A DNA stretch of 63,120 nucleotides, filler included, from Octopus bimaculoides (GCF_001194135.2; 4 parts of 4 records of this genome joined end to end with filler, not necessarily neighbours in it), one strand, 5' to 3'; counted from the first letter of the whole stretch, positions 9,623-23,093 are shown. Translations and numbers: made by a program. Notes: generated from the letters alone by a model not told the origin.

Positions 9623-9650
9623 AACTCAAGTTTTCGACCCTTCTATACAT
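9615..9650 (-). promoter_or_regulatory. Possible core promoter: TATA-like TATAGAA and TCT/5'TOP-like initiator
   Basis: TATAGAA at 9647-9641 lies 25 nt upstream of the TTCTTGTT pyrimidine start. Confidence 0.3.
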
Positions 9651-10489
9651 AGTCGAGTTGCTAAGTACTGGAACTTTGTACATTCCAAACCACGCACTTA
9701 TGTAAACACACGAAATATATGAGGCATCCCACTTGTTTCCTGTGTCAAAACTTTCACACTTCAATCAAATAAACGCGCGTACAGACACACGTACACACAT
9801 CTATGTATAGATTATACATGCATATATATAGGCACATGTGCATATACACACAGATATACATATATAAATACACACACACGCACATATAGATAGATACAAA
9901 CACACACATATACATAATTTTGAGTTAGTCGTACATATATACTCTTTTTATCATGTGTCAAAGATTCTGCGCCCTTTCAATAAACGTGTACTTCGCTTAA
10001 AGCAATTGAGAAGAATTCTGTTAAACAACACTTGCACACACACACACGCACGCACACACACACACACTCAAATTCATTAAGCTCAGTCTTAAATTGAAAC
10101 TGTCTCTATTTCAGCTCAAATCTGTCTATCCATCTATATATCTATCCATCTATCTATCTATCGATCCATCTATATATCTTTCTATCCTTCCATCCACAAG
10201 CACATACATTAACATATAGATAAAACTTACACGTAGCAAAATACATACATACATACATGCATACATACATACATGCATGCATGCATATTTTACACATACC
10301 TGTCTAAACGCTATGTATAGATAACATATATTTATACATACTTCAAACATAAATATACATACACATTTGAATGAAACAATAAAAAAAAATACAGCAGAAA
10401 AAGAAACGGACATATAAATATGTACAGGGAATATAAATGAGTATTTATGTGTATGCATACATGCACACATACACTATACGAGTGTGTGT

Positions 10490-10533
<44 letters not shown>

Positions 10534-11699
10534 ATAGATGCAGACCCCCTAGAGAACCGTCCCATGACCACGTAGAATGCTAGAAATAACTGCTAAAATT
10601 CCCTTTTAAAAATACCTTGCCGTCTTAAATTAAGGGATGGACACAGTGAACGATGGGATGGTGACAACTAGAAGATCTTACATCATAAAGGTTCGCACAC
10701 TGAAGGCTAACCTCGAGCTGAACAGCTACTGCTACTACAAGCATCTTTTACAGCACACACACACACGCACACACACATATATATATATATATACATATAC
10801 ACGTACGAGTATTTGTGAGTATGAATATATATGCAAGACTTGGCGACAACAATGTTCATATATATCATATGTATGTATATATATANNNNNNNNNNNNNNN
10901 NNNNNNNNNNNNNNNNNNNNNNNNNNNNNNNNNNNNNNNNNNNNNNNNNNNNNNNNNNNNNNNNNNNNNNNNNNNNNNNNNNNNNNNNNNNNNNNNNNNN
11001 NNNNNNNNNNNNNNNNNNNNNNNNNNNNNNNNNNNNNNNNNNNNNNNNNNNNNNNNNNNNNNNNNNNNNNNNNNNNNNNNNNNNNNNNNNNNNNNNNNNN
11101 NNNNNNNNNNNNNNNNNNNNNNNNNNNNNNNNNNNNNNNNNNNNNNNNNNNNNNNNNNNNNNNNNNNNNNNNNNNNNNNNNNNNNNNNNNNNNNNNNNNN
11201 NNNNNNNNNNNNNNNNNNNNNNNNNNNNNNNNNNNNNNNNNNNNNNNNNNNNNNNNNNNNNNNNNNNNNNNNNNNNNNNNNNNNNNNNNNNNNNNNNNNN
11301 NNNNNNNNNNNNNNNNNNNNNNNNNNNNNNNNNNNNNNNNNNNNNNNNNNNNNNNNNNNNNNNNNNNNNNNNNNNNNNNNNNNNNNNNNNNNNNNNNNNN
11401 NNNNNNNNNNNNNNNNNNNNNNNNNNNNNNNNNNNNNNNNNNNNNNNNNNNNNNNNNNNNNNNNNNNNNNNNNNNNATATATATGTGTGTGTGTGTGTGT
11501 ATGTATGTACGAGTAGGTGTGTGCTCGTAATCGACAATCTTCCGCGTATATTTATTTACAAACAAAACACTGACTCACACACATATATATACATATATAT
11601 ATAAATGTGTGTGTTTGTGTGTGTTCATATTTGCCGAGTATGCTTGTTCTTGTACATGCGTATCTGTGTACGGTTCTCTCTGTCTTTCTACCTCTCTCT

Positions 11700-11970
11700 C
11701 TCTTTTTTATTTGTTTATTTTTCCTCTTTCACGTATAAGGCGGCGGTGGCGAAGCGATCGGGTTAGTAGTGTGTGTGTGGGGGGTTTGTTTCGTATCTTG
11801 TTACTCTTAATAAGTGACGTGGTTCCGGTTGTACGTTTTGCATGGTTACAAATTTCGACAGGCGACGCCGTTCCTGTTGTTTTTGTTTATTCTCAGGCGT
11901 TCTGGTCGAGCCGCCTTTTTTTTCTCTCTCTTTTTCCTCTCCTGGAATCCCCTCCCCCACCATCGTAGAC
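11700..11970 (+). promoter_or_regulatory. CpG-containing promoter/5'UTR region of the + strand gene
   Basis: Locally rich in CpG (aggcggcggtggcgaagcgatcgg, gtgacgtggttccgg) against an AT-rich background. Leads to the Kozak-like context agacATGG. Confidence 0.5.
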
Positions 11971-12317
11971 ATGGTGTTCTACGAGTTACCCCAGTACGTG
12001 TCCTCGTCGTCCGTCTATATTGCTCTCTACTTGATATTCCTGCAGCTTCTCCAACACCAAACGCGAAGTTCCTCACACTGGAGATTGGAATCTAAACTTG
12101 GGAAAGTGGTTCTCGTTGACAGCGAAGAAGATGGTGGCGACAGCGATTCCTCTTCCTCGTCTTCGGGAGAGAGCGAACACGAAGAAACGGAGGAGATAGA
12201 CCAGATAATGGAAATACTTACTACCAAACTTATTGACAACGAAGGAAGATGGTCAGTGAATTTACACACTCAGGAAATAAGAGATAATAATCGAAAGAAG
12301 AAGCAGTCTGCGTGGAA
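11971..12317 (+). CDS. First coding exon of a secreted/membrane-targeted protein, probably TTC17-like (tetratricopeptide repeat protein 17 family)
   Basis: MVFYELPQYVSSSSVYIALYLIFLQLLQHQTRSSSHWRLESKLGKVVLVDSEEDGGDSDSSSSSSGESEHEETEEIDQIMEILTTKLIDNEGRWSVNLHTQEIRDNNRKKKQSAW. Good Kozak, hydrophobic leader, non-repetitive codons, strong phase-2 donor AA|gtaagt. SSHWRL..GKV..VDS recalls the TTC17 post-signal-peptide TTHWVVTEDGKIQQQVDS. The family call is from memory (~0.5); no TPR exons were found in the window. Confidence 0.8.
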
Positions 12318-13879
12318 GTAAGTTTTATTTCGTGTCTTTTCGTTTTATTTTCATTGCTCATGTTTATTCACTTGCACATTGAACACTTTTTAAAAGTATG
12401 TATATATTTCTAGTACACGTGGATAGTTTATTCCTTTATTGGACAGAACCTTTAAACATATCTGTCTTTTGGTATTCTTCCTGCTTATANNNNNNNNNNN
12501 NNNNNNNNNNNNNNNNNNNNNNNNNNNNNNNNNNNNNNNNNNNNNNNNNNNNNNNNNNNNNNNNNNNNNNNNNNNNNNNNNNNNNNNNNNNNNNNNNNNN
12601 NNNNNNNNNNNNNNNNNNNNNNNNNNNNNNNNNNNNNNNNNNNNNNNNNNNNNNNNNNNNNNNNNNNNNNNNNNNNNNNNNNNNNNNNNNNNNNNNNNNN
12701 NNNNNNNNNNNNNNNNNNNNNNNNNNNNNNNNNNNNNNNNNNNNNNNNNNNNNNNNNTATTTCTGTATATATATATATGAATTTGAGTAAACGGAATTTC
12801 CGTAAGCTTCGAATACGAGTGTTCCAATTACTCGACCGGTCCGTCGTTGTTGAATTACTGGCACGTTGAGTAATTAAGTGTTTTGCACGGACACGTGTAC
12901 CCCTAATTGTGTAATTCGTAGCAAGAATTCGCATGACATAATGGTGTGTGACGAGGGTTGGCACTTAGAATTTACCAGGCGCACTTCGTTCGTCTGACTG
13001 GTTACTTGAACAGTGTCCGTCTGTCTGGCCAATTTTTACACACAAAGTTTGGGTCGCAACAAGGCCAACGGTGCAAGACACCACTTAATGAGAATATATA
13101 TATATATATATAAAGTTTATATTGCTTACATGTTGCTTGTATTTTTATTAGCTAATAATTCAAATGTTTACATCAACTTATGACGAGGTCTGTGTTAGAT
13201 ATATAAAGTTATTTGATTATAGTTTTATGTTTGTGTATATATATATTGTTGTGTTTATGTACATGCAGTGTTTATATTGTTATATGTATAAATTATGTTT
13301 ACATTATATATATATATTTTGTATTTATATGCAGTTTACACCGTCGTGCGATATGTATATTTTTGTGTGTATCTATATTATAATATATATNNNNNNNNNN
13401 NNNNNNNNNNNNNNNNNNNNNNNNNNNNNNNNNNNNNNNNNNNNNNNNNNNNNNNNNNNNNNNNNNNNNNNNNNNNNNNNNNNNNNNNNNNNNNNNNNNN
13501 NNNNNNNNNNNNNNNNNNNNNNNNNNNNNNNNNTATATATATATATATATATATGCGTATGTATATAGTTACATTTATAAATATATGTGTGTTTTTATAA
13601 CTCTATGGGTCGCACATAAGTATGTTTATGTATATATATATAGTTATGCTTATTCATGTACAGTGTTTTGTTATTATAAATATGCGGACTATGTGTTGGG
13701 CGGATCACAACCTGGTACTAACAATGTTCCAGTGATGCAGCTCGTTATAAGTTTACACCAAATAACATTTACGGTTCTAAACTGACTGGTTGTTGACAAA
13801 CTCGGAAGCAGATTTGGCGGCATCTGCCTCTTCTTGTGAAGCTCAAGCAAAATACGTTGTCAGTTGCTTCGTGGTGAGA

Positions 13880-15900
13880 ATTTAAGCTAAAAGTTTGTAA
13901 CTATTGGCAGTATTTTGTGTTATGGGCCACGCCAACACATAGAATGGTTCATTGAAACGACTGAGCTTCCAGACATCAATTAACTCATGATTCGCACAAT
14001 CCTAATTTACAGGGGACGTTGAAAGGGAGAGGAAGTGCTGAAACATCAATAATTAATCAACTTTGCAAAGACTAGTGAAGAACGTGTAGTAGTCGAACAT
14101 ATTCTCCGATATCCAACTCGGTTCTGATAAAACAAACTCCAAAGCAATGTATAGAATGTTAAAATATATTTGGTTATTGCTAATCAAATACTGCCCCAGA
14201 AATGGCTCCACCTTAACCATTGATAATGATGTTATTCTGAACCTTTTATTGATGTTTTTCACAATCCATCAAACACAGGTAAGAAAGTTATTAAAAAAAC
14301 CTTTCAAAGCCCCATGTTATTAAAAGAAAAGTCAAAATTGCAATCAGAGCAACTTCGGGAAAAACTCCAGGAATTGATGGTATGTCGGCTGAGGTTATTA
14401 ACACATTACCTTCCACATATACCACCTGTAGTTTATTGCAAATTTCATACAACTGCCATATGCACCTCTGGTAGTACATTTCTGTATCTTTGACATAATT
14501 TTGAGGATAATTAAATTACATAGGTTTCTAAATATAAAAGTTTAATTATGAATTATTGTAAAAATGTAAGTTCCAGTAACAAGTCATTGCAATTAACATG
14601 GTAAGCAAAGTGGGGATGCTGTGACTGGTTTTGTGACCACACTAATTGTTAGTGCTTGGAATAGGTCTGCCAGTTCCACAGTTCACTGAACAAGGGAAAT
14701 GGTGTCAACTGAAACTAGTAAATTCTTTGGTATTTCCTTATTTTGTAATGGTGATAAGATATTTGCCAGACATTTGTTGAATCCTCACAGATACACACAC
14801 ACAGATATAGTCAATCATTGTCCCAGAGTCTCATTGTGGATTCAGATCTGATAGAGGTGCCACAGTTATGATCTTTAGTGCCAGTGCAGGGCAGTTGCAG
14901 AAGGTCTTAGGGCAGTAACTTCTCCTTTATCAGGTTTTTGTTAATCAATCAAAAAGCCTTTTACATGATGAGTTAAAATGCACTGTGGAATTTTGGTTAA
15001 AGTTGGGATAACCACATTTGTCAATTGATATGTTTGTGTAACTATACAGAGGTATGAAAGTCTACCTTGGTGCCCTGTCAGAACCAGTCTATGTAATAAT
15101 GATGCTAAACGGGGATATATATATATGTGTATATATATTTACACCAGCTTTATTCTACATCTATCCTGCAGTTGAAATTGCTCATGTATTTAAGGAGTGT
15201 GATCTTTGTCCGTTATAATACAACAGTTAAACTTTTAAATCTGGGTCATTTCAAGGCTAAACTGAAAGCATTTATAGCTCTAGTTCACAATTTGTTCTAT
15301 GCTGATAATAATGATCTCGTGGCTCACTTTGAACAAGATATTCAAAAATTAATAAACCTGTCTTCCTGTATCTGTTCTGCTCTTGGACTGAAGCAAATCT
15401 AAGGCGATGTTTACACCTGCACCAGGAGTGATGTTGAATTGAATATACTTTGTCTAAAGGATCAGACTTAATGTAATAGTTTCTTTTGTGTATCTTGGTA
15501 GTTCTGTTTCCAAGAATGGATTCCTCAATTCTGAAACCAACTTACACATTGAGGAGGCTCCACTTGCATTTGGGACAGACACTAGAGAAACAAGTCTGGT
15601 AATAAAGGAACACAAAACTATCCACCAAATTTCCCATCCATGATGCTTGTGTCAATATATTCCTTGCCATATTCATTTCATGCATGAATTTCATTGACTC
15701 TACTTTAAAATAAGAGAAATGTCCCTGAAATAGACTGGGAACATTTTTACACTCAACAACAGAGGTGTTTGAAAGAGCAGGCTGGGTGGTGAGTTGTGTT
15801 CTTGAGGAAAAACACTTCATCTCACATTGCTCAGCAATCACTTCAACACCCTTAATGTATGGTACACCATGCACTTGTTCATACACTTCATAAATTTGAT
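13880..15900 (+). mobile_element. Decayed RTE/BovB-like LINE (reverse transcriptase region), interrupted
   Basis: Successive frameshifted motifs: YGPRQHIEWF, DKTNSKAMYRMLK, NGSTLTIDNDVIL, AIRATSGKTPGIDGMSAEV, RYNTTVKLLNL...LFYADNNDLVAHFEQDIQ (YADD-like), FVYLGSSVSKNG, TEVFERAG. Confidence 0.85.
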
Positions 15901-16059
15901 GGAGGAGGTGAACTAATGTACAGAACATACATTGGATCGCTATAAACAAACCATTTGTGCAGATCGTTCGGCAAAAAGCTGAACGCTCATATGTCGGCTT
16001 CGACTGGAGAGTCCATCATATAAATGTATATATATGTATGCAATGTGAGTATGTATGTG

Positions 16060-16470
16060 TCGCTGACGTGGCCAATGACAGTATCACCTGATTGGCACTT
16101 GTGCCAGTGGAACGTTAAAAGCACCGTCTGAGCGTAATCATTGCCAGGGCCGCTGACTGGCTCCCGTGCTGGTGGCACGTAAAAAGCACCATTCGAACAT
16201 GGTCGTTGCCAGCATTACCTTACTGGCACATGTTCCGGTGGGATGTGAAAAAACAACATTTGAGTGTGGTCGTTGCCAGTGCCACCTGACTGGCCCTCAT
16301 GCCGGTGGTACGTAAAAGCAACCACTACNNNNNNNNNNNNNNNNNNNNNNNNNNNNNNNNNNNNNNNNNNNNNNNNNNNNNNNNNNNNNNNNNNNNNNNN
16401 NNNNNNNNNNNNNNNNNNNNNNNNNNNNNNNNNNNNNNNNNNNNNNNNNNNNNNNNNNNNNNNNNNNNNN

Positions 16471-16523
<53 letters not shown>

Positions 16524-16690
16524 TGATGATGCACTCAGTACACTATGTAAAGTGGTTGGTGTTAGGAAGGACATCCAGAAATAGAAATGATGCCAAAGTG
16601 CAAAGCAGACATTGGAATTCGGTGCAGTCCTACCAGCTCCTGTCACACTGTCCACAAGCATGGAAAACTGACATTAAATAATGATAAATG
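16060..16690 (+). mobile_element. Second copy of the ~65-bp tandem array (about 4 units) with the SINE/LINE 3' tail, split by a gap and (TA)n
   Basis: Units gtggtcgttgccag...gactggctcccgtgctggtggcacgtaaaaagcacc. Tail ...gacattaaataatgat. Confidence 0.8.
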
Positions 16691-16818
16691 TTTTAGGTTG
16701 ACTGTGTCATCCAATTTTAGATTTCAGGCTTCAGAAATAAATATTTTATGTTGAATTAGTTTTCACTATGTGTCCCTTGCAAAAACCCACATAAAAAATT
16801 TAAAAAAAACTTAAGTCC

Positions 16819-17044
16819 TTAATCCTTTAGTTTTCAGATTATTCTGTCAAATGCAATACTGTTTCATTCACTTTTGTTTTGAATTAATCATAGATTATTT
16901 CGTAGCTTTAAAAATATGATGTGATCGTAAATTTTATAATAGCATTGAAGAGTAGATGTGATAGGCTGGATCTGCTGGGGCTAGAACTTAAAACAGACAG
17001 CATATTTGGGCCAGATACGGCTGGTTTAAATGCTAAGGGGTTAA
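16819..17044. mobile_element. TTAA-flanked MITE (piggyBac-like ends)
   Basis: ttaa-tcctttag ... aatgctaagggg-ttaa: short imperfect TIRs with TTAA on both sides. Confidence 0.7.
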
Positions 17045-17615
17045 ACAGATGGTAAGCTATGACTAGGAAGATGCTGTTTGCGAAAAATGGTATTGCCCAT
17101 CGAATAATGAAACACAATGCCTGAAAACTGCTGGATGTTGGAAGTATGCATGGTAAAGGCTCAAGAGAGAGAGAGCCTTTCATGTCAGTGGTTGTGTTAC
17201 ACTTTTAAAAGCTGGTTTCGCTGCCCATAAAAAGTCTTATGCCAGGTGACCAACAAAGGACGCTTATATGCATATAGATCTTAGAGCACCTGTGGATCAC
17301 TGCTATCCTTTATGTCTAAAGGTGTGTTCATCTAAAACCAGGTTTAAAATCTATTTTGGATGAATAGAGAAGGGTAGAACCACAGTTCATAAGATTCTTG
17401 ATGAAATTATGTGCTCTATACATTGGAAAAAATTCAAATGAATTAGGGTTAGGTGGTCACCACTGATTCCTCAATAGAAAAGTTAGTGAATTTGTTACAG
17501 GTATATGTCTGCATAGAGAAAGATGTTATGCTAAACATGAGTTATATGTACATATGTCTATTCAAAAGGTTTTTCCAACCCAATATTTCATATGTTGTTA
17601 TTTATAGCTTTCAGT

Positions 17616-17832
17616 AAGGTGGTAAGCTAGCGGAATCTTTAGAACCCCAGACAAAATGCTTTGCAACATTTCATCCTTGTTTATGCTCTGAGTTCAAATT
17701 CCACTGAGGTCGACTTTGTCTTTCATCCTTTTGGGGTTGATATAAAATAAGTAACCAGTATGACATTGGGGTTGATATAACCAACTTATTCCCCTGCTCC
17801 AAAATTGCTGGCCTTGTGCCAACATTCAAAAC
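17616..17832 (+). mobile_element. tRNA-derived SINE with Meta-like core
   Basis: ggtaagctagcggaatc...gagttcaaattcc...gtctttcatccttttggggttgat...gctggccttgtgcc. Confidence 0.75.
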
Positions 17833-18317
17833 TATTTTTTACAGCTTAATGTGTGTGCTTCAAGATATACCAAAAACGAACAAATTCATGTTCTCTGGAA
17901 AGCTTATAAATTCTATGATGTCCACAACATACAATTCACACTAGTAAGTTTCTAAAAGGGATAGAGAAATTTGAAGGATTGCTTTGGTATAATGGTAGAA
18001 CACCTGTCATGTCTACTGGTGCTGTGGGTTTCAGTCCCATAGGTAGCCTTTGATATTTTCATTTCAAGGGTTTTTAAACCCAGTATTTACATAGTGTTCT
18101 TTATAGCTTTATGGGTTTGCTTCAAGATATTCTAAAAAAAAGGAATTAGTTCATATTCTGTCAGTCTATAAAATTCCTGTGACATCAACATTATACATGT
18201 GTGTGTGTGTGTGTGTGTGTGGCTATATAATATTTTAATTTTTTAAATATTTTTAAAGCCAAAACAATGCAAGTTATAAAAAAAATTAATAATCCTTTCT
18301 ACTATAGGCTCAAGACC

Positions 18318-18598
18318 ATGAGGTAATGAGTTCAATTCCTAGGGATGCATTGTGTCCTTGAGCGAGACACTTTATTTCACAGTGCGCCAGTGCATTCAGC
18401 TGGCAAAAGTGAGTTGTACCTGTATTTCAAAGGGGCCAGACATGTCGCCTTCTGTGTCACACTGAATCTCACTGAGAACTACGTTAAGGGTATGCATGTC
18501 TGTGGAGTACTCAACCACTTACATGTTAATTTCATGAGCAGGTTGTTCTGTTGATCAGATCAATTGGGAAACTCATCTTAGCTGACAGGGAGCCAGTA
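18318..18598 (+). mobile_element. tRNA/CORE SINE, same 3' family as 7462-7855
   Basis: tgtgtccttgagcgagacactttatttcac...gagaactacgttaagggt...ttgatcagatcaa. Confidence 0.75.
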
Positions 18599-18814
18599 TG
18601 TTTGTGTGTGTGTGTGAATATATTTGTGTATGTGTGTGTTAATATATTTCTGTGTATGTGTGAATATATTTCTGTGTATGTCTACAAATGTAACAAGTGA
18701 CTAGCTTTGTTGTTAATTTTCCCATGAGCAACCATCCACTCACTTTATGATTCCAAAGCTGTGTGGGTTATGAGATGCCTTATTTGGGAAAACAGTCAAG
18801 GGTTATATGCAAGG

Positions 18815-19210
18815 CGCAAGTATGGCCTCCCAACCACATGGTTCCAGGTTCAGTGTCATTGCGTGACACCTTGGACAAGTGTCTTCTATGATAACCACTT
18901 GCCGACCAAAACCTTGTGAGTGGATTTGATAGACAGAAACTGAAAGAAACCTGTCGTGCGTGTGTGTGTTTGTCCCCACCACCATCACTTGACAACTGAT
19001 GCGAAAACTGACCTCGCCTGTACTGGTGTCACATAAAAAATACACTCAGTCCATCTCGCAGGGTAGTTGGTGTTAGGGAGAGCATTCAGCTGTAAAATCC
19101 CTGCCAAAACAGACCCAGTAGCCTGCTGTAGTCTTCTATCTGGCTGGTTCCTGTCAAATTGTCCAATCCATGCCATCATGGAAAATGGATGTTTTAATGA
19201 TGATGATATG
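18815..19210 (+). mobile_element. tRNA/CORE SINE with (GAT)n tail
   Basis: aaggcgcaagtatggc...ggttccaggttcagtgtc...accttggacaagtgtcttcta...ttttaatgatgatgat. Confidence 0.75.
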
Positions 19211-20728
19211 TATATCTATATATATAAAAGAGAGTGTGTGTGCAAATGTTATGCATTCGGAAACTGCCTTGCTGATTTTGACATATGGGGTGTCAAAAAA
19301 TTCAGTAATCTTCCACCAAGTAAATAAACTTTACTTTCATTTACATATTTTCTGCGTTATCTCAACAACCAGCTATAGTTATTTGAAAGACACTATTCTA
19401 CAACGACCAAGTTTCATTAGAGAATGAAAATAGTTTCACATTTTCAATGTGAACTAAAATTACAATGTGTTGCATTTTGAGAGTGAAAATGTGTGAATAA
19501 TGAAAGTACTGTTTCTCTGAATTCGTCATATCTGTACTGTAATAAAGATAGCTGCTTATTGTTTCTCTCTATATATAAAGGTTACCAAATAAACTGTTTT
19601 TGGCACAACTCTCTTTTTTACTTTTAAAATAACCTCAGAAACAAGGTCAGATTGCACAATTTTGAGGTCATTTTGGGGTAATATTTCTATTTGCTTCTAA
19701 TGTTTCACGTATGTGTAGAATTCTACTCAGACAAACATTTATGAAAATGTACACATGAATATTGTATTAAAATAATTCACAACCAAACAAATTCCATTAA
19801 AAGACATCGATTTCTCTATGTTATGAGGAAATACAGTCACTCACTATCTCTCTCACATGTACAAGCACACACACACACACACACATACATACATGCAAAA
19901 GAGATTATGCAGATGTATTTATGTACATGTATATGAAAAATGTGTGCATGTGTGTGTGAGAGAGAGAGAAAAATCGAATGAGTATTACACATAAATGTAA
20001 AAAAATACATGCATGACAACACACACCTTCACTCTCTTTCTCTCTCTCTCTTTCACATGCATGCACGCATGCACACACACACGTCCATTTCATATACACA
20101 TACATATATCTTTCACTTTCTGCTGTCACTTCAAAGCAAATGTCGTTTTTTCACTTTCTCCTCTTTCAATTTCTGTTCTCTTCAAAGCATAAAGAAATAA
20201 CAAAATTTTATGGAAATTAACGAACAATCATATTATCCCATATGATCGAGTCGAAAACTTTGCTGCTTCAAATGAAAGAATGCCATAAAATAACTTTCTT
20301 TGGCACACACATGCGCACACACATTAGGTAAAATTTCTGTATGAATTATATTATTCCTTGCTGTGTGCACGTGCAAAATTTCAGCTCAAATCTAATTGAA
20401 ATGACCATTTTCTATTCTGTAATTTGTGTTTCTGATGAACATATTTAAAAACCTGATCTTCGATATAAGCTTAAAAAGTTTGCCCAGAAATCCTGTTCTT
20501 TACCTGTTGTTTCTAGCATATCTGAGATGACATTTGTGTCCCCCACCTATTTTTTTCTAAACTTCTGCTTCTTATGTTTTCAACACAGAGGATTAGGATT
20601 TCACCCCTAAAACACGTTTCCTATATTTTTTCTCCCTCCCCAGCACACCCCAATTTTTTCATTCTTTTTACTTTCTTCCAAATTTTTTTTCTTGGCAATC
20701 TACAAGAATATTTAAGAATTTTCTTCCT

Positions 20729-21053
20729 TTTTTCTTAAAGAAACACTAAAATCTCCTTCACCAACATCCACCCATCACTTCACCACTTTCAAAAAGCTAC
20801 AAACTCCCAATGTTTCACTTTTAGCTTTTTGGAAAGCAGGGAAATTTCTTCAAAAATAATGTCATTTACCTGTTGTTTCTAGCATGTCAGGTTTTCTGGT
20901 GGTGGTTTGGTATTCTTTACATCTGCTATTTCAGTACAATTCTATGCATGCTTAAAACATCAGACAAAAGTGAAACATTGAGTGTTTTGAAAGTAGGTAG
21001 GTAATGGTTAAGCAAGGTGGATGAAGGGGCATTGATTGTTTCTTTAAGAAAAA
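20729..21053. mobile_element. MITE-like element with ~95-bp imperfect inverted repeats
   Basis: tttttcttaaagaaaca...caatgtttcactttt (20729-20822) is the inverse of aaaagtgaaacattg...tgtttctttaagaaaaa (20960-21053). Confidence 0.6.
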
Positions 21054-21096
21054 TTAAACTTTAAAAAGATATATATTTCCTAGATTCATAATCCCT

Positions 21097-21196
21097 NNNN
21101 NNNNNNNNNNNNNNNNNNNNNNNNNNNNNNNNNNNNNNNNTTAATTAATTAANNNNNNNNNNNNNNNNNNNNNNNNNNNNNNNNNNNNNNNNNNNN
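21097..21196. other. Artificial scaffold join N44-TTAATTAATTAA-N44
   Basis: Exactly 100 bp. The linker has stops in all six frames. The same cassette recurs at 30379 and 60766. Confidence 0.95.
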
Positions 21197-21845
21197 CATA
21201 CATACAAATATCTACATATATATATATATATATACATGTATAAATATATACATATATATATACATGTATGTATATGTACATATATACATATATATATACA
21301 TGTATATATATGTACGTATATACATATATATATGTATATATATATATGTACATATATGCATACATACATACATACATAAATATATTTATTTATATATATA
21401 TATATATTCACACACATATACATACACAGACAAGCACATCTATATGTGTGTATGTTTGTGTATCTATATGCGTGTATGTATGCACACACGTGCATACGTA
21501 CGCGCTTCTTCCGGCTAGAATATACGGATAGCTGAATATGTAAATACCCCAGTATAAATAGGATCGCATACGTAGATATATTCATATGTGTGTATTTAAA
21601 TATGTGCTTTTATATGCTCACATACTCCCGTACGTACTCGCGCGCACATTCACAATTATTCACACTCACACATATATGTAATTATGCATGCATGTAGTTA
21701 TATAATATGTATATATATATGCATGTATATATATATATGTACATATATATATATATATACACACACACTTACGCACATACTCACATGCACACACAAACAC
21801 TCACACACACACATATGTGAAATTGTATGCGAATATGTATGTATG

Positions 21846-21904
<59 letters not shown>

Positions 21905-21919
21905 ATTTGTATGTATATA

Positions 21920-21960
<41 letters not shown>

Positions 21961-23093
21961 ACATATATATGTACATATATATATTTGCATTTATGTTTAC
22001 ATATATGTATGTACATATATATTTACATATGTGTATATAAATATGTGTATGCGTTGTGTGCGTGTGTGCGTGTGTGTAAATTTACGCAGCCAGATTTATA
22101 TAGCCATGTAGGCATATACATTAGAAGACAGAAAATGTAGGAGAAATATTTAAACAAGTGGATCAGCCTATCAATATCTTCCGGTAGAGTGACTTCAATC
22201 TCCCGAACGCTAGAGTGTTTCATTCTAACTTGGAAACTGAATTCTATTTTATTCATGCATTCATTTTCATTAAATATCCAACAGAGATATAATTTCAATA
22301 TTGTTAATCTTCCTGAACTTGATCTGTTACCGCTTCGGAGAATGACTCAAACCGATATCCGGTATAACACCATAGGACAAACAGAAAATGGTGAACGGTT
22401 TTGTCATTCGTCCACACACATACACATACACATGCATGTATATCTATGTTATTTGTTTCAACATTAAACTGCAGCAACCATGCTAGCGCACACCCTTACA
22501 GAGATTTTATTCTAACTTTATTCTATCTATCCCTGTTATCGAACTGCTAGATCCCGATCATGTAAACACATTTTTAACCTTTTTAGTTTCCATTTACCAA
22601 ATCTACACACAAGGTCCTAGCCTCTTGTAGAAGACATTTGCTCCATGTACCATGCAATGGAATTGAATCTGAAACCATGAGGTTGAGACGCAAACTTCTT
22701 ACTACACTATTATACTAATAACAGGCTGCTCAAAAATATTCAAAGCTTAAGATAGTTTCAGTATGATTAAAGTAACTTAAATTAAACGCATAGATTAAAA
22801 ACAAAATTAAGAATAAATTACAAAATGAAATACGTTAAAAAGTGATAGAAAAATAATCAAAAGTATTCAAATTACGTAATGTTAAAATTTACATAATGGT
22901 GATGGAGGTCGACTCATTCATATTACTTTTATTTCTGTTACTAAATATTAATTGGTGCTTTTGTTAGTAGAGCCGCCATTATTATTGCCCTCTTTATTAC
23001 CATACAAATCGTTGCCACCGTCATTATTTTTACTACTACTACTACTACTACTGCTACTACTACTACTACTACCACCACTACTACTACTGTCAA

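Noticed and set aside
14011-14278. Apparent + exon with cag acceptor and gtaaga donor just after the first coding exon
   Set aside because: All frames from the acceptor hit stops, and the interval translates as part of the decayed RTE LINE.
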